This document shows positions 41,008-48,694 of a stretch of 64,000 nt of DNA, in pieces. The stretch covers positions 800,001 through 864,000 of the forward strand of contig CAVYGN010000002.1 of assembly GCA_963768055.1 (NCBI GenBank), read 5' to 3'. The position numbers were made by a program, and so were the translations under genes. The DNA is from an uncultured Spirochaetota bacterium (lineage in GTDB: Bacteria > Spirochaetota > Brevinematia > Brevinematales > JAOACQ01). The first letter of the stretch is position 1; every line of letters starts with the position of its first letter. The notes below the pieces were generated by a model, which was not told the DNA's origin, searched no databases, and saw nothing but the letters and a program-made list of their open reading frames with translations.

Positions 41008-41796
41008 ATGCTGGATGTATCGTTGAAAAAAACTCTTAACCGGGAAAATATGAAAAACGAGGTGAAAGAGCTCATAAAAGCCCTTAAAAGGGCTGAAAAA
41101 AGGGATGATTTTGAAAAAGTAAAAGAACAATTCAAAACGGTGATCGGCAGCGCCGACCCGCTAGCGATAGCCCTGGCTGAAAACGAACTCGCCAGGGAAG
41201 GATTTTCGATGGAAGACATGATGAGCGCTTGCGACATTCATTTGATGCTTTTTAAGGAATCGATCGATAACTCGAAAATAAAAGTGGAAGAATCTCACCC
41301 GCTGAATCAATTCATAAAGGAGCATAAGTGGATCCTCGGCTTGATGGAAAGGCTGAAGGATGAAGCCAGGGACAGTCGTTCCGAAGAAGGTTTGACGATA
41401 TCATCTTCAAGGATTAATATATTGGAGAAGATTGCCGGGAAGCTTATGGAAACCGAGAACCATAATGTAAGGCAGGAAAATACCCTTTTCCCGGTCCTTG
41501 AAAAACATGGCATTGAACAGCCTCCTGCAGTCATGTGGGCAGAACATTCTGAAATGAAAGAACAGAAAAAAGAGATTATTAATCTTATCAGGGATTGTAA
41601 AAAACTTATGAAAGAAGAATTTTCAAATAAATTGGAGAGAATGGCGGCAGCCCTTATGGAAAAATTTTCCATGCATTCGCGAAAGGAGCAGCATATACTT
41701 TATGTGACTGCCCTTGAAGTAATTACTGAAAATGAATGGAAAGAGATCAAAGAGGAATGCGACAATCTCGGGTATTTTGAAATGGCCATTGTTTAA
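41008..41796 (+). CDS. DUF438 / hemerythrin-like domain protein
   Basis: IALAENEL, CDIH..LF, HPL..F..EH, H..RQEN.LFP.LE.HG...PP.VMW.EH. Confidence 0.82.
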   Translation: MLDVSLKKTLNRENMKNEVKELIKALKRAEKRDDFEKVKEQFKTVIGSADPLAIALAENELAREGFSMEDMMSACDIHLMLFKESIDNSKIKVEESHPLNQFIKEHKWILGLMERLKDEARDSRSEEGLTISSSRINILEKIAGKLMETENHNVRQENTLFPVLEKHGIEQPPAVMWAEHSEMKEQKKEIINLIRDCKKLMKEEFSNKLERMAAALMEKFSMHSRKEQHILYVTALEVITENEWKEIKEECDNLGYFEMAIV

Positions 41797-41811
41797 AGAT
41801 TGGAGGATATT

Positions 41812-41976
41812 ATGAATTTAAAAGAATTACCGGTTGATGCCATAGAGGCTGTTCTTGACAGCCTTCCCGCGGATATTTCTTTTGTGGACTCAGAATATAG
41901 GGTGAAATATTTCAATACTCCTTCAAAGGGGCGCCTTTTCCAAAGGCTTCTCGATGATGACGGGGGCGGGAAATGA
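41812..41976 (+). pseudogene. Truncated PAS (PAS_10-like) domain gene
   Basis: GGAGG RBS, then MNLKELPVDAIEAVLDSLPADISFVDSEYRVKYFNTPSKGRLFQR; similarity stops just before the tRNA-like repeat. Confidence 0.72.
41958..41971 (+). repeat. Degenerate copy of the tRNA-Leu 3' end (att-like)
   Basis: TGACGGGGGCGGGA versus TGCCGGGGGCGGGA at 50769 (13/14). Confidence 0.55.
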
Positions 41977-43028
41977 AAGCGGTTAAAGTCGCTTTTTTTG
42001 ACGCCAAGTCTTACGATAGCGAGTATTTTGATAAATTGAATGTAAATTTCGGTTTCGAACTAAAATACTTTAAGGGCCATCTTACCTCCGACACTATCCC
42101 TATAGCGAATGGTTTCAATGCCGTGTGTCTTTTTGTCAACGACCAGGCGGATGCAAAAATAATCTCCGATTTGAGGAATTTCGGGATCGGCCTTATTGCG
42201 ATGCGGTGCTCGGGATATAACAATGTTGACCTCAATGCTGCTTATAAAAACATCCATGTAGTTCGTGTACCTGCTTATTCGCCTTATGCTGTTGCAGAAC
42301 ATGCCGTGGCGTTGATGCTTACGCTTAACAGGAAAACGCATAAGGCATATTATCGCAACCTTGACAAGAATTTCACCATCACAGGGCTTCTGGGTTTCGA
42401 TATGTACAACAAGACTGCAGGTATTATAGGCACCGGTCAGATCGGTAAAGTTCTTATCCATATACTAAGGGGTTTCGGAATGAGGGTTCTTGCTTATGAT
42501 TCTTTCCCCAATGAGGAATTGGCAAAGAAAGAGGGTTTTGAATATGTAACCCTTGATGATCTTTACAGCCAGTCCGACATTATCTCCCTTCATTGCCCTC
42601 TTACTCCGGAAACCCAGTATATGATAGATGAAAATTCCATCGGCCGGATGAAAGACGGGGTAATGATCATAAACACAAGCAGAGGAAAGCTTATAAAAAC
42701 CAAGGCATTGATCGGCGGACTCAAGGACAAAAAAATAGGATATGCCGGTCTCGATGTCTATGAAGAGGAAAGTGATTATTTTTTCGAAGACAAATCGGGG
42801 GATGTCCTTGATGACGACGTGCTGGCGCGGCTCCTGACTTTTAATAACGTTCTGGTAACATCACACCAGGCTTTTTTTACACAAGAGGCCCTGGCCAATA
42901 TCGCGCAGACAACTCTTCAGAACATAAAGGATTATTTTGACGGCAAGCCGCTCGTAAACGAGATTTGCTATCAATGCGGACAGGTAAGGGAAAATTGCCT
43001 GAAGGTAAAGGACGGTAGATGCTTTTAA
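41973..43028 (+). CDS. ldhA: D-lactate / D-2-hydroxyacid dehydrogenase
   Basis: RCSGYNNVD, RVPAYSPYAVAEH, GTGQIG, INTSRG, LDVYEEE, TSHQAFFT. Confidence 0.9.
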   Translation: MKAVKVAFFDAKSYDSEYFDKLNVNFGFELKYFKGHLTSDTIPIANGFNAVCLFVNDQADAKIISDLRNFGIGLIAMRCSGYNNVDLNAAYKNIHVVRVPAYSPYAVAEHAVALMLTLNRKTHKAYYRNLDKNFTITGLLGFDMYNKTAGIIGTGQIGKVLIHILRGFGMRVLAYDSFPNEELAKKEGFEYVTLDDLYSQSDIISLHCPLTPETQYMIDENSIGRMKDGVMIINTSRGKLIKTKALIGGLKDKKIGYAGLDVYEEESDYFFEDKSGDVLDDDVLARLLTFNNVLVTSHQAFFTQEALANIAQTTLQNIKDYFDGKPLVNEICYQCGQVRENCLKVKDGRCF

Positions 43029-43045
43029 TGCGGGGAATGGACCCG
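43029..43045 (+). repeat. Highly degenerate copy of the tRNA-Leu 3' end
   Basis: TGC-GGGGAATGGACCCG versus TGCCGGGGGCGGGACTCG (13/18, one gap), immediately after the ldhA stop. Confidence 0.3.
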
Positions 43046-43060
43046 GCCTAAGGAAGTTTT

Positions 43061-43357
43061 ATGACGGACAATATCAATAGCTCAGCATTGCTTGTTATGG
43101 ACGTTCAGGAAGTAACCGTGAACAGGCTGGAAAAGAAGGATGAATACACGCATCTTTTTCTTGCAGGAATAGCGACAAGCGGGGTGATACTGTCAACTGT
43201 AAGAGAAGCCGCCGACAAGAATTATCAGATTACAATAATATCCGATCTTTGCGTAGATTTCGAACCCGAGATCCATAAGGTTTTAATGGAAAAAATATTT
43301 CCAAGGCAGGCTCTCGTGATAACGGTCGAAGATTGTTTCAGGCAATTACAGGCCTGA
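43061..43357 (+). pseudogene. Isochorismatase-family gene with a large in-frame internal deletion
   Basis: ALLVMDVQ N-terminus is joined after ~25 aa to LAGIATSGVILSTVREAAD...IFPRQA; only 98 aa. Confidence 0.75.
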
Positions 43358-46300
43358 TAAAGCCTGGCGCGCACTCTCAAGCTCTTCCGAAAGGTCGGTC
43401 TTTTCAAGTTCGATTACGGCCTCGTTAAAATAACTCCTGGCTTTATTGAACTTCTTCCGCATTTTATAAAGGATGCCGAGATTCATTGCTGATCGTCCAT
43501 GGTGGCTATAGATGCCGCATTCTTTGGCAATCTCCAGGCTTTTTTCGAAGAACCTGACTGACCGTCCCCAGGCGAATGGCATGTTCATTATGATGAACGG
43601 CAGGTTTTTCAGGAGAATGTGTGCGGGAAACTTTACTTTTCCGGCGGCGATTCCCATGTATAAAGATCCAAGAATGGAAGTAAAATTGGTTGTATAATAT
43701 GACCAATTAGCCTTTTCATATGAAGCGATTAATTTCCCGAGTTTTTTTATTCCCTTATCGTATTCATGATTTTTAAAAATAAGGAGTAATGAACGTAAAG
43801 CTTCTATCAGTGTTAGTTGACTTAAAAGGTGAACATTCCTGAAATAGCCTTCACAATTTTTAATGACTTCCTCCGCTTCATTATACCGGCCAAGGTTTAT
43901 TAATGCGATAGCTAACATTGGCTTATTAAAATTCAAATATAATGGCTCTACAGTTACCTTGGATTTGCTTGCAGAATCCATTAATTCGATAACTTTTATC
44001 CAGTTTTTGGCATAGTATTCAATATAGTAAAATGCTCCATATGCAAGCGAAATACATGTCGGATTATTCCTTTTCTTTCCAAAATCAAGAATTTCCTGTC
44101 CTATTTGACTGGCATGCATTATTTCTCCGCGGCAGGCAAGGCAAATACCTTTTCCAAAAGCCGATTTTGCGAAAAGGTAGGGTTCTTCAGGTATCTCCCG
44201 GGAAAGCTTCATCCCTGCATCGCCATGTTCGATACACTCCGCCGGGTGCCCGCGAGTTATTCGGTCTGAAAGCCAGCAATTAGCATAGGCAAGAGCCCTT
44301 TTGTCGCCGGATTCCCGGGCAAGGCGAAGGGCTTCGTACTGATATTTCATCGAAAGATCATTTTCCATCACAAAATCGAGGGCATATCCAAGCTCAGCGT
44401 AGAAGAGGGCCTTTGCTCCTTTATCGGGTATTGAATCAGCGTCCCTGACATGTTTCTTGAATAAACCGGTCCAGTCAAGGAATGTTCCGAGGTAGTAATG
44501 CGTGAATCCCCAGTCGTTCAAAAACCGGATGAGAACTGTGTTCTCCTCTTCAGTCCGGCCCGGTTTTGCTATTAAAATGTCGTATGCCTGGCGGTAGAAG
44601 TTGTTAGCTTCTGCCGATGCATACGACGCCATGCTCTTCCTGCCCGCCTTGACAAGGTATTCTACCGCCTTGTCAGAATCTCCCGATTTCTGGTAGTGGA
44701 AGGCTATAGTCTCGTAGAATTCCTCTATCCTATCCTTGAATACGACTTCCAGGAGCTGTGCTACACGCTGATGAATCGTCCCGCGGTCTTTTTTCAGAAG
44801 CGAGTTGTAAACAACATCGCGCAGTAGCGCGTGCTTGAAGAGGTAGGCTATGTCCGGTTCCCTGGCCTCTTCCCAGATCATACCGACGGATTCAAGGAAC
44901 GCTAAGCAGTCGTCCAGTTCCCGGCTTAATTCCGTGACCCGCTTTAATAGCGAATAATAGAAGGATTGCCCGATTACGGAGGCGGCCTGGAGGACACGTT
45001 TAGCCGTCGGATCGAGCCGGTCTATCCGGGCTGTAATAACTCCCTGGATAGAAAGAGGGATGTCTGTTTCAGTCAGACTGCGTGTCAATTTCCATGCCCC
45101 TTCCTCGAAGGAAAGGGCTTTGGTCTCGATAAGGTTATTGATAATTTCTTCAATAAAGAAGGGCGTGCCGGAAATCTTTTTTATGAAATACTGCATCAAT
45201 TCCCGGGGAACTTTATCCGATTCAAGGAGCGAGGCGATCATGCGTTCCTCGTTATCTGAACCGAGCGGCTGGAGGGCCAGCTCATAGAATTTAAATAATT
45301 CTTTTCCGGAACTTTTTTCGGGGCTGATACTAATGCCAGGCCGATGTAAGCAAAGAAAAACTGCCGGAGCGTCCAATTCTTGAAAAAGTGTCTGCAGAAT
45401 TTCGAGGGAAGAAGGGTCAGCCCAGTGAAGATCATCGAAATAGAAGATGGTTTTACCCGATCGGGCTATCCCGATAACGAGGCTGATTATACTGTTTGAT
45501 ATGTTCATTTTCAGAGAACCGGGGTCGATCCCCTTGGTTTCAGGGTAGTTTATGGAATAAAGGGCCGCAATGAAGGGTATGATGCTTTCCTCCCTGCAGT
45601 ACTGCACGATGCCCTTTAATTTTTGATGGACCTGATCCTTTGAATCGCTTTCCTCTATTGAAAGGAGCCTGTTTACGAAGTCTATCCAAAACGAATATGC
45701 GATGTTCTCCGCATGTGAATAGGCGAAGGCCTCAAACCACCTGTAGCCGTCCATAGATTCAGCCCGTATCCTGATTTCGGAAACAAGCCGGCTCTTCCCG
45801 GTCCCCGCATCGCCCGAGACGGATATTATTGAACCTTTTCCCGAGGCCAGAGCCTGCATTGCACTTACAAGCTCGTCTATTTCCTGCTCACGCCCGATAA
45901 ACCGGGCTTTACGGCCCCGAAGCCGCCTGAATGTGTCGGCTGCCTTTTTATGTCCTATGATCCTGTAGGGGTTGAGAGATTCCGACTTACCCTTCACCGA
46001 AACAGGCGGCAAAGCCTCGAATTCGAAGTGCCAGTCCGCGAGTGTGAAGGTATCATGGCCGACAACGATTTCGCCCTGCTTTGCTACCCCGGAAAGCCTG
46101 GAAGCGACATTTACCGTATCTCCGATTATCTTTTCAGAGCCCTTTTCGATGTCGAGATCTCCTGAAACGACCATCCCGGTGTTTATCCCGGTATGCATGG
46201 CGAGTTTCCTGCCTATTTTCGCCTCAAGCTCGGGGGTGTTGAGCGCGTCGACAGCCGCATGTATATCCATGGCGGCATGGATCGCCCTGACCGCGTCGTC

Positions 46301-46618
46301 TTCATTTGCCTGCGGTATCCCGAAGACCGCCATGACGCAGTCTCCGATAAACTTGTCGACCCGGCCTCCGTATTTATTTACTATGGAGGCCGATTTGCTC
46401 AATATCCCCTGCATTATGTCTTTTACTTCCTCGGGGTCGAGCCGCTCCGACATGGCCGTGAAGCCGGAGAGATCGGCGAAGAAGATTGTGGCCTGCTTTT
46501 TCTCCTCTACGGGGGAGTCCTGCGCTTTTGAAAATCCCTCTTCCGAAAGTTTAGTGCCGCATTCGCTGCAGAATTTGTTCGTGTCAGGATTATACGTCCG
46601 GCAGATAATACAGATCAT
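43346..46618 (-). CDS. Zinc-ribbon + class III nucleotidyl cyclase + AAA/STAND ATPase + TPR-like protein
   Basis: CxxC...CxxC; FADLSGFT, KFIGDCVMAVFG, GDTVNVASRL; GDAGTGKSRL, FDDLHWAD, FKHAL; helical C-terminus. Confidence 0.9.
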   Translation of the reverse strand: MICIICRTYNPDTNKFCSECGTKLSEEGFSKAQDSPVEEKKQATIFFADLSGFTAMSERLDPEEVKDIMQGILSKSASIVNKYGGRVDKFIGDCVMAVFGIPQANEDDAVRAIHAAMDIHAAVDALNTPELEAKIGRKLAMHTGINTGMVVSGDLDIEKGSEKIIGDTVNVASRLSGVAKQGEIVVGHDTFTLADWHFEFEALPPVSVKGKSESLNPYRIIGHKKAADTFRRLRGRKARFIGREQEIDELVSAMQALASGKGSIISVSGDAGTGKSRLVSEIRIRAESMDGYRWFEAFAYSHAENIAYSFWIDFVNRLLSIEESDSKDQVHQKLKGIVQYCREESIIPFIAALYSINYPETKGIDPGSLKMNISNSIISLVIGIARSGKTIFYFDDLHWADPSSLEILQTLFQELDAPAVFLCLHRPGISISPEKSSGKELFKFYELALQPLGSDNEERMIASLLESDKVPRELMQYFIKKISGTPFFIEEIINNLIETKALSFEEGAWKLTRSLTETDIPLSIQGVITARIDRLDPTAKRVLQAASVIGQSFYYSLLKRVTELSRELDDCLAFLESVGMIWEEAREPDIAYLFKHALLRDVVYNSLLKKDRGTIHQRVAQLLEVVFKDRIEEFYETIAFHYQKSGDSDKAVEYLVKAGRKSMASYASAEANNFYRQAYDILIAKPGRTEEENTVLIRFLNDWGFTHYYLGTFLDWTGLFKKHVRDADSIPDKGAKALFYAELGYALDFVMENDLSMKYQYEALRLARESGDKRALAYANCWLSDRITRGHPAECIEHGDAGMKLSREIPEEPYLFAKSAFGKGICLACRGEIMHASQIGQEILDFGKKRNNPTCISLAYGAFYYIEYYAKNWIKVIELMDSASKSKVTVEPLYLNFNKPMLAIALINLGRYNEAEEVIKNCEGYFRNVHLLSQLTLIEALRSLLLIFKNHEYDKGIKKLGKLIASYEKANWSYYTTNFTSILGSLYMGIAAGKVKFPAHILLKNLPFIIMNMPFAWGRSVRFFEKSLEIAKECGIYSHHGRSAMNLGILYKMRKKFNKARSYFNEAVIELEKTDLSEELESARQALSGL

Positions 46619-46665
46619 ATAATCTCCTTATAATTTCCGAATGCTGTTCAACTAAAACAAGAACT

Positions 46666-46694
46666 ACTCTAATGAGATGGATAATATTTGTCAA
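46666..46694 (-). promoter_or_regulatory. Putative sigma70 promoter of the cyclase gene
   Basis: TTGACA-N17-TAGAGT on the minus strand. Confidence 0.5.
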
Positions 46695-46710
46695 GCCCTA
46701 AAAATGATCT

Positions 46711-46726
46711 TGCAGGGGCAGGACTC
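46711..46726 (+). repeat. Degenerate copy of the tRNA-Leu 3' end
   Basis: TGC-AGGGGCAGGACTC versus TGCCGGGGGCGGGACTC (14/17, one gap), intergenic. Confidence 0.45.
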
Positions 46727-46815
46727 TTGCATAATTTGGCGGATAACTTTGCCTTATTTCGAGGATATTGGCAAGCAAATGGTATAAACACCACAACCTT
46801 AATATTCGGCGGAAA

Positions 46816-47802
46816 TTATATTCCCGATAATAATTCCATTGCCTCTTTTTCTTTTTCAGCTAACTTCACAAAAATTTCAGATGCCTGGTTTATATATTCA
46901 ACATTTTGTGTTTCCCCTGTTTTGTTAAACAATGTTGAAACCTTTGTCCAGAAATCTGCTGATTCAGAGAATATCTTATATGCTTCATCAATTTCCCTTA
47001 TATTCAGCAATTTATAGCTTTCCTTCAAAAAGCCCCTGTATAAATTTCTAAACAAAGCTCCGCCCGTTCCTCCTTTTTCCATGAGCATTGCGGTTGTTTT
47101 AAAATCCCTTTCAATATTCCTGCTGTTTTTAAACCATTTTTTGATTTCTTCACTCGCTTTTAATACTCCTTTATATCCGATATTCTTTATCGGTGGATTC
47201 AAATAATCCGTTGCATTATTTATTATTGCCGTAATGACGGATTCCTTAAGGTTATAATCTTTTTTAAAGCCTCGAATCGTATAACTTAAATTCTTTGAAG
47301 ACATGGGACCTTTTTCATTTCTCGCCAGCTCAAGATTTTTTAATGATGTTTTTACTTTGCTGCCCTGTTGTTTTGTATCAACCAGATAAGCGAAGTTGTC
47401 ATCATATCCGTACATCGCCACATAGTGCCCGGCAAAGTGTATTTTATTAGTGAAATAATCCAAATGATAACAATCAAGCTTAAGACCAACTGCAATATTT
47501 CTATCGATATTATTTTTAACATTTTTCCAGGCTTTTTTTGATGATGCGGTTTCCTCAATTTCCAGCTTTAAATTCAAATTTTTAACAATGTTTTGAGTTA
47601 AAGCATCCGGTTTTATTCTTCCGCCGATAAAAGGGAAATCCATTATTTTCATATTCCAGAATATAAATCCCAATCCCTCTCCTAAACCAAAAAGCATAGG
47701 CTCGGAAAGATCGATTCCAATTTGAATTAGAAGCGACCCGGTTGAGGTAGTTTCACAATGCTGACCGTTATACGGTTTAAAATCTTTGATTATGTTTTCC
47801 AT
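46816..47802 (-). CDS. BtrH N-terminal domain / DUF4872 family protein (papain-like fold)
   Basis: GQHCETT, SEPMLFGLGEGLGF, LDCYHLDY, HFAGHYVAMYGYD, GTGGALFR. Confidence 0.82.
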   Translation of the reverse strand: MENIIKDFKPYNGQHCETTSTGSLLIQIGIDLSEPMLFGLGEGLGFIFWNMKIMDFPFIGGRIKPDALTQNIVKNLNLKLEIEETASSKKAWKNVKNNIDRNIAVGLKLDCYHLDYFTNKIHFAGHYVAMYGYDDNFAYLVDTKQQGSKVKTSLKNLELARNEKGPMSSKNLSYTIRGFKKDYNLKESVITAIINNATDYLNPPIKNIGYKGVLKASEEIKKWFKNSRNIERDFKTTAMLMEKGGTGGALFRNLYRGFLKESYKLLNIREIDEAYKIFSESADFWTKVSTLFNKTGETQNVEYINQASEIFVKLAEKEKEAMELLSGI

Positions 47803-47896
47803 ATTCTCCCCTTTCAAATCAAAAGCAGTATTATTATATAAAGTTCTCTCTTTTTTATCTCCTTGTTTTGTTTATTACTGATTATACAACATATTA

Positions 47897-47916
47897 CCTG
47901 ACAGCATTATGTCAGG
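47897..47916. promoter_or_regulatory. Palindromic operator upstream of the BtrH-like gene
   Basis: CCTGACA-GCATTA-TGTCAGG perfect inverted repeat. Confidence 0.65.
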
Positions 47917-47958
47917 GTATAAAAATTCCCGTTAAAAATGAGCAAACTTTTGATCCCC

Positions 47959-47967
47959 GCCGGGGGC
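47959..47967 (+). repeat. Short copy of the tRNA-Leu 3' end
   Basis: GCCGGGGGC (9/9), intergenic between the BtrH upstream region and the LuxR remnant; weak on its own. Confidence 0.3.
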
Positions 47968-47989
47968 ATCTGCGTCATCTGCGCGAACT

Positions 47990-48470
47990 TCAGGAAACTA
48001 TGGACGATATCCTGTCTTCCGCCTTTTCACTTTTTTGAAACACGCGGTTGATCAAATCTATCTTGCTTTTCGCTTTTGTTTTTGATAAATGCTATAAATA
48101 TGATTACGGACGGTCAGGACTGAAATTTTCAGAGCCGATGCCGTCATTTTATTTGAATAGCCCCTCGCTATCAGATCCACGATTTCCTTTTCCCTGGCCG
48201 TCAATCCATATTGGCTGGAAAAGCTGCCTGGATCCGTTTCCATTGTCAGTTGTGTTTTATCGGAAAAAAAGTACTTATAGAAAAAAATAACATTCAGGAG
48301 GTTCAACATAAAATAATAAAGATTTATAAAAGAAACAGGACTTAAACTACTGCTGAAATAATAATTCAAGGAATATTCCAATATCCAGACAGGTATAAAA
48401 GTGATATTATAACCCATGAAAACTAACAATACTTTTTTCTTTTCCCTGATCTTGATATTCTTTAACTGAC
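47990..48470 (-). pseudogene. 5'-truncated, frameshifted membrane-associated LuxR-type regulator
   Basis: YGLTAREKEIVDLIARGYSNK...TVRNHIYSIYQK; a 1-nt shift restores TKAKSKIDLIN; only two TM segments remain upstream. Confidence 0.75.
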
Positions 48471-48559
48471 TGCGGAATCTACGGCCGGAGAATGGCGGTA
48501 TACTTTTACGGGAAAAACGGGACAATAGTCTGCCGGGGCTTGTCCCGGCATATCCGTTT

Positions 48560-48577
48560 TGCCGGGGGCGGTACTCG
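48560..48577 (+). repeat. att-like direct repeat of the tRNA-Leu 3' end
   Basis: TGCCGGGGGCGGTACTCG versus TGCCGGGGGCGGGACTCG at 50769-50786 (17/18). Confidence 0.8.
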
Positions 48578-48694
48578 CGCCTCATTTAAGGCGTTTTTCG
48601 CTGCCGTAAAAATCAAAAAACATTTGCATTAATTAATTCATTATATTATTATTTATAAAACATAATCTCCTTGTATATAATGAGTTAGGAGGAT

